Positions 24,195 through 35,325 are shown, counted from the stretch's first letter. The stretch is 64,000 bases of DNA from Nannocystis bainbridge (GCF_028368995.1 NZ_JAQNDL010000001.1:2048001-2112000), one strand, 5' to 3'. Numbers and translations are program-made. The notes: generated from the sequence alone by a model not told the origin.

Positions 24195-25286
24195 ATGACG
24201 ACGACGAAGCGAAGCGCCGCGACCCTGTGCACCGTCCTGGCGCTGGCCTGCAACTCACCCGAGGGGCGCGACGTCTCGGCCACCGCCGTCACCACCGGCG
24301 ACCCTTCGACCGGCACGAGCACCACCGACCCCGTCACGCCCACGAGCACCGGCATCACGGGCATCACCGCCCCGCAGCCCACCACCGACGACAGCACCAC
24401 GAGCACCTCCGGCACCACCACCAGCGGCGGCCCGATCTTCGACCTCGGCAGCCTGCCTGACATGCCCCCGCCGCGCCCGCTCCCGCATCCGCAGCTGTGG
24501 TACAGCGTCGAAGATCTGCTGGTCTACATCGAGCTCGACAAGGCTGACGGCAGCGTCGCCCAGCTCGTCACCAGCAACCTCCTCGCCGATCCCACCATCG
24601 CCGGCGTGGTCAACTCGTGCAGCCTCACCATGCTCGACGACGGCTCGCTGCTCGGCGGTCGCGGCGTCGACGGTCAGACCCGCCTGTTCCACATCCCCGC
24701 CCCGCCGACCGACGGCAGCGACGTCGAGGTCGTCATGCTCGGTGACCTGCCCGGGGGCATCTACATCGAAGCGCTCTACACCGACTGCGACGGCCGCGTC
24801 TATCTCATGGACACCGGCCTCGACAGCGTCAGCAACACCGGCAATCGCCTGCTGCGGTTCACCGGCGACTACCTCGCCGGCGACCTCGCCTACGAAGTCA
24901 TCACCGACCTCATGGTCGCCGTCTCGGCCGACATCGACGACATGGGCCCCGGCATCGACGCCCGCGGCGCCGTCATCGACAACCCCGGCTTCGGCATCGA
25001 CTCCGGCGCCATCTACAACCTCGACTACACCACCGGCACCGGCACCATGCTCGGCATGGGCGGCACCTACGGCATCCACTCGCTCGGCGGCCCCCTGTTC
25101 GACGACGGCATCTCGCGCCTCTACGTGCTCAGCGTCGACGCCGAGGTGTTCTCCGCCGACCCCGTCACCCTCGCCCTCTCCCCCGTGCTCGCCACCGGCC
25201 CCACCCTCGCCAGCGGCAACCCGCCCGGCGACACCGGCTTCGCCGGCCCGCTGACCGAGTGCAACACCGGCTTCCCGCAGGGGTAG
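24195..25286 (+). CDS. Lipoprotein with Thr-rich stalk and probable beta-propeller domain
   Basis: ATG at 24195, VLALAC lipobox, TTG/TST stalk, GPIFDLG motif. Confidence 0.8.
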   Translation: MTTTKRSAATLCTVLALACNSPEGRDVSATAVTTGDPSTGTSTTDPVTPTSTGITGITAPQPTTDDSTTSTSGTTTSGGPIFDLGSLPDMPPPRPLPHPQLWYSVEDLLVYIELDKADGSVAQLVTSNLLADPTIAGVVNSCSLTMLDDGSLLGGRGVDGQTRLFHIPAPPTDGSDVEVVMLGDLPGGIYIEALYTDCDGRVYLMDTGLDSVSNTGNRLLRFTGDYLAGDLAYEVITDLMVAVSADIDDMGPGIDARGAVIDNPGFGIDSGAIYNLDYTTGTGTMLGMGGTYGIHSLGGPLFDDGISRLYVLSVDAEVFSADPVTLALSPVLATGPTLASGNPPGDTGFAGPLTECNTGFPQG

Positions 25287-25542
25287 CAAGCACGCAAAGC
25301 GGGCCAACCTTCCCGGTCACGCAAAACACAGCTCGCCCGTTTACCAAAACCAGATACCCCCTGCATCACGCGCCTGGGCCACCAAAGCGCTGCGGCTGGG
25401 GGAAGTCGGCCCATCACCCACGCAAAGCCCCCTGCATCAGGGCCCGTCGCCACTCGCCACGGCGCGGCAGCCGGCCGAGGCCGGCTCATCCCTGCACAAG
25501 CCATTCATCGACCGCCCGACCCCACGCCGCGCGACCTACCGT

Positions 25543-27084
25543 TCACGGGCACGGCAACACGCGCAAGATATCGATCTCGCTGCCCCCGCTGCCTCGCGCC
25601 GCGTACGCCACGCTGCCGTCGGGGAACGCGCGCAACGACTGATAACGATTGCCCCGCACCGGCACCTCGACCGGGCTGCCCTCGGCCGCGCCGGTCGCCG
25701 CGTCGAGCGCTTGCACGTACAGCTTGCGGCCGTCGTCGTTCGGCGCCAGGTCGCCCGCGGCCGGCGACGTCTCCCACGCCGCGATCATGTGATTCGCCCC
25801 GTACGCGGCCAGGTGCGGCGCCCGGGCGTTGAGGCCCGCCTCGCTCGCCAGCACCAGGTCCTGATCGGCCTCTCCGCTCGAGACGTGCAGCAGGTGCACG
25901 TCCGCCAGCCCTGCCGCGTTGGCAGGCTCGCCCGGGCGAATGTCGCTCGTCGTCAGCCAGTACCCCCCGTCCGGCGCCGGCACCACGTCGCCGAGGTTGG
26001 AGTACGCCAGATCGACGGGATAGATCGTCTCGATCGCCGGCGCGAACGCGATGCGGTTGTTGTTGTCCGTCTTGCACACCGCCACCAACTTCTCGGCGGC
26101 CGGGTCCCAGAGCACGCGCTCGTATCCGCTGTGGCTGCACCCCCAATCGAAGCCGCCGCTCGCGAGCGCCCCGTCCGCACCCACCAATTGCATCCGGTCG
26201 CCCTGGTGGATGTTGATGCAGCCGCCCTGCGACACGCTGATCGCCGCCCCGAAGTACCCCGCATAGCGCTCCCCGTCGAACGCGATCCGCCCGTGGTGCG
26301 CGTACCACCAGATCATGAACACCTCGGGCCCCTCCGGCCCCGTCGAATACGGCGGCAGCGCCTCGCTCGAGCTCGTCAGCTTCGTCGCCCACGTCTCCTG
26401 GGCGCCGTCGAAGCGCACCATGTACATATCGAAGCACGGCACCGGCGGATTCGGCGGCATACCGCAGAGATTCGTCGGAGCGCCGCAGTTCAGCGTCCCG
26501 CCGCCCTCCGCCTCGCGCGTCAGCAGCAGCGCCCCGCCCCCGTCGTCCGCGTGCAGATCGGCGAAGTCATGCGCCGGCACGCTCACCTCCGCCCCCGTGA
26601 GGTTGTCGCTCGCATCGAGCTCGGCCACGTGCACCTGCCCGTCGTCGCCCATCCACGCCACGCGCGACCCTCCGGACGGCATGGGCGACACCACCAACGG
26701 CTTCAGCGCGACCTCGTCCTCGTTGCTCTGAACCGGCTTGCCCACGTTGATCGTGGTCACGCGAATACGCGCAGGCGTGATCGCGCAAGACGCCTCCCCG
26801 TCCCCCGTATCCGTGGTGACGACCCCGCCGCTCGTGGGCTCGTCGCTCGTGCCGGTGGAGCCCCCTGCGCTCGTGCTCGCGCTCCCCGTCTCGGTCGGCG
26901 AGCCTCCCGGCCCTCCGCTCCCCGGCCCGGTCGTGGCCTCCCCCGAGCTGCCTGCGCTCACGCCAGAGCTCGTGCCCTGCGAACCGTCGGACGAACCGCC
27001 TCCGCCCCCGCCACACCCCGGCGCGACCACGAATGCCAGCAGTACGCCCTTCCACCCGAGACGCCCGAACCCAAGCTCGTTCAT
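25543..27084 (-). CDS. Lipoprotein with Ser/Gly/Thr stalk and conserved-looking extracellular domain
   Basis: ATG at 27084 preceded by AAGGGGAG; VVAPGC lipobox; WWYAHHGRI, NIHQGD, WGCSHSG. Confidence 0.8.
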   Translation of the reverse strand: MNELGFGRLGWKGVLLAFVVAPGCGGGGGGSSDGSQGTSSGVSAGSSGEATTGPGSGGPGGSPTETGSASTSAGGSTGTSDEPTSGGVVTTDTGDGEASCAITPARIRVTTINVGKPVQSNEDEVALKPLVVSPMPSGGSRVAWMGDDGQVHVAELDASDNLTGAEVSVPAHDFADLHADDGGGALLLTREAEGGGTLNCGAPTNLCGMPPNPPVPCFDMYMVRFDGAQETWATKLTSSSEALPPYSTGPEGPEVFMIWWYAHHGRIAFDGERYAGYFGAAISVSQGGCINIHQGDRMQLVGADGALASGGFDWGCSHSGYERVLWDPAAEKLVAVCKTDNNNRIAFAPAIETIYPVDLAYSNLGDVVPAPDGGYWLTTSDIRPGEPANAAGLADVHLLHVSSGEADQDLVLASEAGLNARAPHLAAYGANHMIAAWETSPAAGDLAPNDDGRKLYVQALDAATGAAEGSPVEVPVRGNRYQSLRAFPDGSVAYAARGSGGSEIDILRVLPCP

Positions 27085-27779
27085 TTCGTTCTCCCCTTTT
27101 AGCCGCGCAGGATTTACCCGCCGGGACCACGAAAGTGTACAGACCGTGGACACGTGGTGTCCATCACCAGGGCAAGCGAGGGCTGCAGCTCCATGCGATG
27201 CCCGACGTTCACGGAACCCACGTCGGAGGCTTCGAGGACCCAGCCTTCTCGCGGCACCACCATCACGTCCTCGCCCTCACGCTCTCGCCCACGCCCGACC
27301 CCTGGCGCTCCCCACTCCCGCGAATTCGACTCGGTCTCCCGATGAGCGCCGCGAGGCCCCGACAGCGCGAAGCCACCTCTCGACATTCGTGGCAGCGGCC
27401 AAATCATCATGGCAGCAGACTCGCGGGTCGTCGCCGACATCGGCGGGCCGACCGGACGGCACCCCGGCACGCGGGACATCCGCGCGGCGTCGGGCGGCTA
27501 CGCGAGTGACTTCCGCCGGGCCGCACGACTATGTACAGTGCGTCGCGTTCGAATCAACAGAGCTCCCCGCGAACTCGACCGTGTACCCCCGGCCGAGGCG
27601 CCCGCCCGCCGGAGCGCGACGCGGGCACATCGTCGAAGGCCCGACCGCCGCTGCGCCTCCGCAGGGCTCGGCCCCGGCGAGGCGCGACCCACTCGTGCCC
27701 GGAGGACTCGGTACAGCGCCCGGCGAGGGCGTGAGATTGCGCTTTGGCCGACGCGGCGCGGTTGAGTAAACTGCCCGCC

Positions 27780-29054
27780 ATGAACTTTGCCTCGAATTGG
27801 AAGCGTACGGGTGTTTACAGCGCGTGGATCGTCGGCGCGCTCGCGGGTTGCGGCCCCAAGACGCCGGGCGGCGGGGATACGACGGGCGGCGAGGAGACCG
27901 GCGTCGGCAGCGAATCGGCGAGCACCAGCAGCAGTGAGACGACGCCGACCGAGGGCCCGACCGGGCCGGGTCAGACCGGCTCCACGAGCCTCGGCGGGGA
28001 CAGCTCGGCCGAATCGGCCACGAATGATGGGACCGGCTCCGAGACCACGGGAGGGCAGATTCCGACCGACCCGGGGCCCTACCTGCCGGGCATCGACGGC
28101 GTCCTGGTCGTCGAGGAGTCGCACAGCTTCGCCGGTGGCACGCTGATCTACGGGGGCGCGTTCGCCTGGGCCCAGTTCTTCAATGCTCCGGGAGCGCAGG
28201 GCTTCATGACCGGAGACGTGCTGGACCCGTTCGAAGGCGTCGAGGACTGCGGCGTGAACGTCTTCGACGTCGACGGCGTGGGGGGTAGCGACGACGTCAT
28301 GTTCCTCGGCGCCGACGAGGTCCGCGTCGAGGTCGCCGGCGCCATGCGCACGCTGGAGCACGGCGCCGATCCGTTCTATCACTGGTTCTCGATCGACCCG
28401 CAGGACGACCCCGCGCCCGGGACGCGCCTGGCGTTCGAGGTGCGCGGCGGCCTGGTCGGCGACGCCGACCTCCCGGGCCCGGTGGTGCCGCCGGCGCTGA
28501 GCTTCAGCGCCCCGGACTTCGACGCGCCGATCGGCCGCGACGACCTCAGCTTGCAATGGACCGGAACCGCCGACGCTCCGCTCGATCTCAAGCTCGTCAT
28601 CAGCGAAATCCCCGTCGGGGCGCGACAATGGACCGAGATCCACTGCCGCATGACCGACGACGGGGCGTTCACGATCCCGGCGGCGGTGCTGGCCGCGGTC
28701 CCCGTCGACGGGTTCGCCTGGATCTACGTCCAGCGCCATCTCGACGAGGAGCAGAGCGACAACGACAGGACGTACCTGGCCCGCGGCACCTCGGCGGTGG
28801 AGATTCGCGCGGGCTTCGGCGAGGCGTGCGACAGCCCGCCCGACAACATGGCGGCCTGCACCGCCGCGGCCGCGCAGATCAACACGGTGCTCGAAGCCTG
28901 CGGGCTCCAGCCCGACCCGATCGCGGCGCAATGTCCGGCCTTCCTCGCCGAGCTCTGTGTCGACTGCACCGGCTATTACGCCTGCGTCGCCGCCGGCTGG
29001 TCGTGCCAACCGGACGGGCTGCACACCGGCGACAACACGTGCGAATGTGAGTAG
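27780..29054 (+). CDS. Lipoprotein with stalk and Cys-rich C-terminus
   Basis: ALAGC lipobox; C...DDGAFTIPAAVL motif; Cys-rich tail. Confidence 0.8.
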   Translation: MNFASNWKRTGVYSAWIVGALAGCGPKTPGGGDTTGGEETGVGSESASTSSSETTPTEGPTGPGQTGSTSLGGDSSAESATNDGTGSETTGGQIPTDPGPYLPGIDGVLVVEESHSFAGGTLIYGGAFAWAQFFNAPGAQGFMTGDVLDPFEGVEDCGVNVFDVDGVGGSDDVMFLGADEVRVEVAGAMRTLEHGADPFYHWFSIDPQDDPAPGTRLAFEVRGGLVGDADLPGPVVPPALSFSAPDFDAPIGRDDLSLQWTGTADAPLDLKLVISEIPVGARQWTEIHCRMTDDGAFTIPAAVLAAVPVDGFAWIYVQRHLDEEQSDNDRTYLARGTSAVEIRAGFGEACDSPPDNMAACTAAAAQINTVLEACGLQPDPIAAQCPAFLAELCVDCTGYYACVAAGWSCQPDGLHTGDNTCECE

Positions 29055-29114
29055 CCGAGCGGCGCCGGTGTGCAGCCCACCGGCGCCGTGAATCATGCGA
29101 GAGCCGGCGTCCTG

Positions 29115-29603
29115 CTACTCGATCACGCGGATCGACGCGATCGAGCGCACGTACGGGTTGATCATGGTCGCCTCGGCCTGACCATCCGGTCCGATGGACA
29201 CCGGCGTCCGCTTCTCGAGGATCCCGACCACCTCGACCCGCTTGCCGTCGTACTGCTGGCGCTCCTCGATCGAGCGGACCCCATCGGCCCCGTGATAGAC
29301 GCCGAGGATCACGCGCTGGCCGCTCTCGCTCAGGATACCAGCCGCCCCCGCTTGCGACAGGTCGGGCTTCGCGTCGCTGCGCTGCGCGATGACCATCGCC
29401 TGATAGACCCCGACCAGTCGGACGCTCGTGCCCGCCAGTCGATCGATCTCCTCGGGGCTCGCACAGCACGCCGGCACGGTCTCGGCTGTCGAGGCCGCAA
29501 GCCCCTGCGCGGGCGCCTCGGGCTCCCGGGGCGGCGGCGCCTCGCGACACGCCATCATCAGGATCGCCAGACCGCACCAGACTCTCCGGACCCCTCGAGG
29601 CAT
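29115..29603 (-). CDS. Small lipoprotein (OB-fold-like)
   Basis: MPRGVRRVWCGLAILMMAC; GTSVRLVGVY...DGKRVEVVG. Confidence 0.65.
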   Translation of the reverse strand: MPRGVRRVWCGLAILMMACREAPPPREPEAPAQGLAASTAETVPACCASPEEIDRLAGTSVRLVGVYQAMVIAQRSDAKPDLSQAGAAGILSESGQRVILGVYHGADGVRSIEERQQYDGKRVEVVGILEKRTPVSIGPDGQAEATMINPYVRSIASIRVIE

Positions 29604-29929
29604 CGGCCGCCATCCTACGCGACTCTCGGTTCGCGGGCCAACGCCGTCGCCAGCAGCGTCGCGGCCGCAGCCGCATGGTGAAGCTGCCCCGATTGATGGG
29701 CACCCTCTTCGAGTCGGGAGTCGAGAGGGTCCAAGGGCATGAGCACGAAGGAGCAAAGAGCGTCCACGCCGGAGCAGAAATCCGGGCCACCTGCACGCTC
29801 GAATCTGAGCGCCTCGCCACGCCCGGTGTCTCCAAGAACGCTTGGCTTTCGGCTCCGAGGAGGCTTCTTATCGAGCAAGTCACGGCCGCCGCTGCGTGCG
29901 CCGTGAAGTTGCTCTACTCTCGGCGCTGC

Positions 29930-30523
29930 ATGTTCGACGAGGAGGCCGAAGTCCGACTCAGCCCTGGAGGGCGGACGGTTCGCATCGTGCGGTCGAGCTG
30001 CGTTTGGCGCCCCACCGACGCGGCGCGAGGCCTGGTGGAGGTCCGCTTCGAGGGGAAAGTGTCCAGGGTGCCCGCGCACGACGTCCACCGGCTCTCGCCC
30101 CGCGACGCCCAGCTCGTCGCGGAGCGGCTTCTTTCCCACTCTGCCGCCACCTTCGGATTTCACGCGCTTAGCCAGGCTCAGCGGAGCGCGGATGCCCTCG
30201 CGGATCTGTTGGAGCGGGACTTCGTCGCCGTCGAAGTCGACGAACACCGCTACACATGGAGCGGCCCGCCCGTGCCCCCGCGGCCGACGCCGCCGCCGCT
30301 CGAGCCGACGACGCTGCCGGCGCTGACCTGGATCGGCGTCAGCGTCGTCGACGCCGACGAACCGGCGCGAACCTTCGCGGGCGCGCAGTTTCGGCTCCGC
30401 CTCCCGGATGGCGCCACGCGATCCGGCGCGCTGGACGGGACCGCCAGCGTGCGGGTCGACGACATCGAAGCGGGCAAAGGCTGGTTCGAGCTCGTCGACA
30501 TCCCCCGCGATCCCTCGCCCTGA
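29930..30523 (+). CDS. Hypothetical protein with C-terminal transthyretin-like (T6SS spike-associated) domain
   Basis: TWIGVSVVD...FRLRLPDG..RSGALD...VRVDDIEAG resembles the C-terminal extension of VgrG/PAAR proteins (recognised from memory). Start uncertain. Confidence 0.65.
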   Translation: MFDEEAEVRLSPGGRTVRIVRSSCVWRPTDAARGLVEVRFEGKVSRVPAHDVHRLSPRDAQLVAERLLSHSAATFGFHALSQAQRSADALADLLERDFVAVEVDEHRYTWSGPPVPPRPTPPPLEPTTLPALTWIGVSVVDADEPARTFAGAQFRLRLPDGATRSGALDGTASVRVDDIEAGKGWFELVDIPRDPSP

Positions 30524-30549
30524 CGCTTGCCACGTCCATCGCGCAGCCC

Positions 30550-33081
30550 ATGCCCACCGACACCGAGCTCCTCGTCACCTGCACCCACGCCGACTGCCCG
30601 CTCAAGCTGCGCTCGCCGCTGCTCGATCTGACCTCGGTGATCTTGCTGTACCCGGAGGACCAGATCCCCGGCTACGAGGCGGCGCAGGCGAACAAGAGCG
30701 CAGTGCCGTGCCCGGCGTGCAAGCGGGCCGGACGCGAGGGGCTCCTGGTGTACCTCGACGACCACTTGCGCAAGGCGCCGCCCGACATGACGACCAGGGC
30801 GCCGGTCGTGTTCGACGCGATGGTGTCGGTGTGGAAGCGGGCGTTCGAGCTGCTGACGGTCACCGGGCAGACGGCGGATTATCAACCCGCGAAGGCCGGC
30901 CCGGCGACCGCGCACCGCCTGAACGTGCGCCCCTACGACGGCCACGTGCTGCGGTTCGGCAACAGCGATGTCACGCGGCAATACGGCGACTCCGAGCCGG
31001 GCGTGGCCACCAAGTCGATGCACGTCCGCCAGCTCAAGCGCGACCTGCTGTACCTCGCGTACTACGGCAACCGCGAGCGCAACGTGGCCAGGCTGTACGG
31101 CGGGGCGCACGTGTTCGAGGCGACGCTGGTCGGCGCGATCCTGGCGTTCAAGTTCGACATCTCGTTCTTCTATGGCGTGCCGACGACGACCGATCCGAGC
31201 CAGTCGACGGTCAGCGACGCCGAGCTGCGCCAGACCACGCTCGAGGGCTTCTCCAAGCCGATCTATTTCGATCCGAAGCTGCCCGACAACCCGATCAAGC
31301 CGATCGCTACCACCCTGATCTATCCGCTGGCCGACCGCCTGTCGGCGCTCGCTCCGGCGCACGCTTCGTACGACAGCGGCATCGCGCTGTTCAAGCAATC
31401 GAAGGCGGCCGAGCTGCCGGTCAAGAAGGCGGCCGCGCTGCGAGCCAAGGCCCTGAAGGCGCTCCGGAAGGGCATGGGGCTGCTGCCGGAGGAGGCGCCC
31501 GCGCTCGACCTCGCTTCGATCAAGGCATCGAAGGCCGAGCGCAAGGTCCGAAGCCTCGCGGAGGTGCTGGCGCACCCGCAGTTCGCACAGATCCCGCGCG
31601 CCGAGCCCAAGCTCGACCCATGGGTCGACTTCGGCCAGGACCTCGCCCTCGTTTTGGCGTGCGACCCTGCCCCGGAGGCGATACGGGTGGCCGAGCTCGA
31701 TCAGATCCTCGTCGACGTCGCCGGCGACGACAAGCTGAAGAAGCAGTTCGAGGCCCCCATCGCTCGCTACAAGCGATACGCCGATGCGATCGCGGCGGCG
31801 ACCCCGGAGCAGCTCGAGGATCTGCGGAAGATCGTCGGAGGCTTGCCCGAGACCTTCACGCCCTATCGCGAGGCGCTGCATCGCTACGCGGTCATCGATC
31901 ACGCGACGGCGTTCTACATCCTGGCGATGTTGTCGGAGGTGCCGATCGGCTCGGGCAGCGGCAAGCTCACCAGGCAGCCGGGGCGCAAGCTCGTCTATCA
32001 TTTCCCCCCGACCATCGAGAACGAGCCCGAGGACCTCGACGCCTACGCCGATCTGGTGATCGAGGCGTGCAAGGACAAGGGCACGTTCGTGATGCCGCCG
32101 TTCATGATGCTCGAGCGGCAGAAGAATGAATCGGGCTATAGGGCGACCGAGGCGGTCGGCGATCTGGCGACCAGCCCGGACGAGAAGGCGCGGCGGGTGC
32201 CGATCAACGGCATCGATTGGAGCAACTGGGGCCGCCACGGCGGCTCGGTGACCAAGTACGCCTATTCAGAGCTGTTCACCAACAGCGTCGGTCGGGTCCA
32301 GGCCCAGCATCCCGGCTACTTCGGTCCGATCGTGCATTCTCGCGGGGTCGGCGGCGGCCAGGTGACGCTCGCCACGGTGATGAAGGGCGTGACCCCGACA
32401 GGCCGGGCGAACGAGGTCGACGGGTACGAGTGGGTGGCCGGCATCCCGGTGCCCCAGGGCGGGAAGATGCCGACGCCCGGGAACTGGACGGGCGCCACGA
32501 ACTCGTGCAAGCGGGCGGCCAAGCTGTTCGACTCGAAGTTCAAACCCGACCAGCCGGGAGGTGCATCTTGCCGGCATTGCACGTACGACAAGGTGCCGGG
32601 CGGCACGCGTTACGAGTGCGCCAAGTGCCTGGATCGCCTCCAGCTCGGGCCGGACCAGAAGCCGCTGCTGGCCGCGAACCAGGGCGACAACTCCTATCAT
32701 TGCACCGCGGATGCCTCGCGCTGGCCGGAGCTGTTCGGCGAGCCGCTGGCGGATGACTCGGAGACCGGCCGGACGGAGTACCCGTGCTCGTGGCTGCGCG
32801 CGGTGATGCGCTACGCGGGCGAGGGCGAGCGAGCCGATTCGCGTATGTTCAAGACGGCGCGGGAGATCGTGGCCGTGGGCAGGGCCGCGTCCGGCAAGAA
32901 GACCGCGGGCGACGAGGACGAGACGGGCGACGACGAGACTGCCCAGGAGGAGCAACCCGCGCCGGACGAGGGGACGAAGAGCAAGGGCAAGACGGGCAAA
33001 AAGCCCAAGAAGCCCAAGAAGAAATCACCGGTGAAGCTCGCCATGGAGGACGCGTTCGTACGGGTCCGCAAGCAGTTGTGA
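30550..33081 (+). CDS. Large putative cell-wall-targeting effector (degenerate PG-binding + lysozyme/SLT-like motifs)
   Basis: HVRQLKRDLLYLAYY...FEATLVGAILAFK (PG-binding-like); QKNESG, SRGVGGGQVT, WLRAVMRYAG (ES/GLMQ/AYN-like order). Confidence 0.65.
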   Translation: MPTDTELLVTCTHADCPLKLRSPLLDLTSVILLYPEDQIPGYEAAQANKSAVPCPACKRAGREGLLVYLDDHLRKAPPDMTTRAPVVFDAMVSVWKRAFELLTVTGQTADYQPAKAGPATAHRLNVRPYDGHVLRFGNSDVTRQYGDSEPGVATKSMHVRQLKRDLLYLAYYGNRERNVARLYGGAHVFEATLVGAILAFKFDISFFYGVPTTTDPSQSTVSDAELRQTTLEGFSKPIYFDPKLPDNPIKPIATTLIYPLADRLSALAPAHASYDSGIALFKQSKAAELPVKKAAALRAKALKALRKGMGLLPEEAPALDLASIKASKAERKVRSLAEVLAHPQFAQIPRAEPKLDPWVDFGQDLALVLACDPAPEAIRVAELDQILVDVAGDDKLKKQFEAPIARYKRYADAIAAATPEQLEDLRKIVGGLPETFTPYREALHRYAVIDHATAFYILAMLSEVPIGSGSGKLTRQPGRKLVYHFPPTIENEPEDLDAYADLVIEACKDKGTFVMPPFMMLERQKNESGYRATEAVGDLATSPDEKARRVPINGIDWSNWGRHGGSVTKYAYSELFTNSVGRVQAQHPGYFGPIVHSRGVGGGQVTLATVMKGVTPTGRANEVDGYEWVAGIPVPQGGKMPTPGNWTGATNSCKRAAKLFDSKFKPDQPGGASCRHCTYDKVPGGTRYECAKCLDRLQLGPDQKPLLAANQGDNSYHCTADASRWPELFGEPLADDSETGRTEYPCSWLRAVMRYAGEGERADSRMFKTAREIVAVGRAASGKKTAGDEDETGDDETAQEEQPAPDEGTKSKGKTGKKPKKPKKKSPVKLAMEDAFVRVRKQL

Positions 33082-33092
33082 GGCCCGCGGCC

Positions 33093-33900
33093 TCACCGAC
33101 CGGGAGCGGGGTCCGGGGTGTCGACCCCCTCGACGCGAATGTTCCCCTTGAACTCATCCCATCGGTCGACTCGCGCGGTGGGAAGGAACCACCCGTCGCG
33201 GAACTCGAGGTCGACGTCGTGGCGGAGCTCGCCGTCGAGCGTGAGTCGCATGGCGAGCGTCCTGCAATATTCGCCGTCGGACAGGCAATAATGCACGTCG
33301 TGCCGGTGCCCGGAGCGGCACTCGAACAGCAGATCGGGGCGCCCGTCGAGGTTGAGATCGGGGAGCTTCACGCCGACGAGGCCGAGGCCCTCGGGCAGCG
33401 GATCGGGTCCTCGCAGGCCGCACGCATCGTGCGGTCGCGTGACCTCGTCGCCCCCGGGGAGCATCTCGGCGTCCACCAGCGTGATCCAGCCCTTGTCCGT
33501 CCGCTGCAGGACGTTCCAGCCATAACTACGCTCGGATGATTTGATCGGCTTCAACTGCCGCAGCAGCATGTACTGCTCCATCGGCCGCGTCGCATCGCAG
33601 GTGCAGGCCGGGTCCTTGCACAGCTTCTTGCAGGCGCCGTCGATCGCCGCCTGCTCCTCCTTGCCGAGGGCGAGGTTCGGAGCGCGATCGCCCGGGACCG
33701 TGAGCTTGTTGAAGACGGGCCCGCCGGCAGCGGGGCTGCTGGGCGGCGGGGCGGTCGTCGCGGGGGCGCCCACGTCCGGCTTCGCAGCGGCCGCGACTTC
33801 GACGGCGGCCGGGGCGGGCTCGGCTTTGGGGGCCGCGACCGGGGCCGTCGCAGCGCCGCAGGCCGCGAGGATCAGGACGATGAACGCGCTAGCCCGCAGG
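33093..33900 (-). CDS. Lipoprotein with Pro/Ala linker and Cys-containing domain; start codon unclear
   Basis: FIVLILAAC lipobox just after the upstream stop (33889); DLNLDGRPD motif. No canonical start seen near 33900. Confidence 0.6.
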
Positions 33901-35100
33901 GACCTGTTCGTCGGCGAGGGCGTCCCAGACCTCGTCGTCCTCTTCGAGCTCGTCGAGCTCGTCGGTGTCTCCGTCGTCGTCGTCGTCGTCGTCATCGCGC
34001 GCATGGTACTCGGCCTCGAAGTCGTGGATGCCATCGTCGCCCGCCGAGAGCGGGAAGACCCGGCGCGGTTGATAGAGGTCGTGGAACAGCACCGGTGCGC
34101 CGTCGGCGAGGCGGAGGGTGACGTCGCCGGGCGGCATGAAGGGCTCGGCGAGCAGGCCGTGCTCGTCGGTCTCGCCGAAGCGGGTCTCGTGCGCGACGGT
34201 CAGCTCGTATGCGAGGTGCGGCAGCGGCTCGCCCCACTCGTCGACCACGCGGATCTCGAGCACGTGATGCGTCGGCCCCCGCGCCTCCGCGACCGGCAGC
34301 GGCAGCAGGCGCGCGATCGGGTAGAGACCGGCGCCCACGGGCTCGCGCAGGAGGTCGTAGCGGTCGCTCGCGGGGATCGCCAGCAGCTGCGTCCAGCGGC
34401 GCCCGTCGAAGGCCGGGTCGACGGCCAGGACGCCGTCTGCCTCATGGAACCGCATGGCGTCGAGGCTGGTGTCGTTGAGCTCGAGCCAGTGCACGAGCTC
34501 GGCCTTGGCGACCTCGAACAACGCGCCGAGCGTCTGCTCGCCGATGACGCCGTCCTCGAAGATGTCGGCGCGGAAGGCCCGGTTGTAGGTGCGCTGAAAC
34601 GCCTCGACGGCGCGCGCGGTGGCAGCGTCGGCGACGTCGGAGATCGCCGGTACGGCGGTGTTCCAGCCGCACACGCGCTGCAGATAGTCGAGGTACACCT
34701 GGGTGTCCTGGACGCGCCCGTGCTTGCTGGCGAGCGCGACCCACGCCGACTGCTCGTCGCGCAGGAAGTGCAGCAGCGCGCGCGCGCGCACCTCGGCGAA
34801 CTCCTCGGGTTCGCCGGCCTCGCGGTGACCGACGACGAGCCCACCGTGGTCGAGGTGCTGCTGCAGATGGCGCAGCCAGGCGACCACCGGCGCCCACGGG
34901 TGGCGCGGCCCGACCCGCGGCAGCAAGAGGACGCTGCGCGGCAGGTAGTCGGTCCACGGCGCCTCCGAGGTGTGCACCTTCGGGCGATGCACCGCGAGGA
35001 TCGTGTGCTGACCGCTCGGGACGTCGTAACGGGCGATGGTGCCATCGGCTCGCAGCTCGACGTGCACGATCGAACGCTCGGCGGGCATGGTGGGGATCAT
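33889..35100 (-). CDS. Peptidoglycan-binding protein with C-terminal transthyretin-like domain and acidic tail
   Basis: ATARAVEAFQRTYN...DGVIGEQTLGAL; LEIRVVDEWGEPL...YEL...GETDEHG; poly-Asp tail. Confidence 0.75.
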   Translation of the reverse strand: MIPTMPAERSIVHVELRADGTIARYDVPSGQHTILAVHRPKVHTSEAPWTDYLPRSVLLLPRVGPRHPWAPVVAWLRHLQQHLDHGGLVVGHREAGEPEEFAEVRARALLHFLRDEQSAWVALASKHGRVQDTQVYLDYLQRVCGWNTAVPAISDVADAATARAVEAFQRTYNRAFRADIFEDGVIGEQTLGALFEVAKAELVHWLELNDTSLDAMRFHEADGVLAVDPAFDGRRWTQLLAIPASDRYDLLREPVGAGLYPIARLLPLPVAEARGPTHHVLEIRVVDEWGEPLPHLAYELTVAHETRFGETDEHGLLAEPFMPPGDVTLRLADGAPVLFHDLYQPRRVFPLSAGDDGIHDFEAEYHARDDDDDDDDGDTDELDELEEDDEVWDALADEQVPAG

Positions 35101-35325
35101 GAGAAGCAGACCACTCCCCTGTCAAGCACCGAAACTCGCGGCTCCGCGCACGAGCCCAACAGCTCCGCCAACCTCGCGCGGACGCACGTCGTCCGCTCGC
35201 ATGAGCCTCGCACGGGCCCGACCCGGCTCCGCCGGCGCTGCGAGCCGGGGCCGCCGCGCGCGTGCCGGCTCCTCACGACCTTTCACGCCGTGTTCGGCCC
35301 GCGGCCTGCTACCTTCGACGCTCGC

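Noticed and set aside
27085-27779. ~700-bp gap between divergent lipoprotein genes as a possible ncRNA or small gene
   Set aside because: No recognisable RNA family, repeat or credible ORF could be supported by eye.
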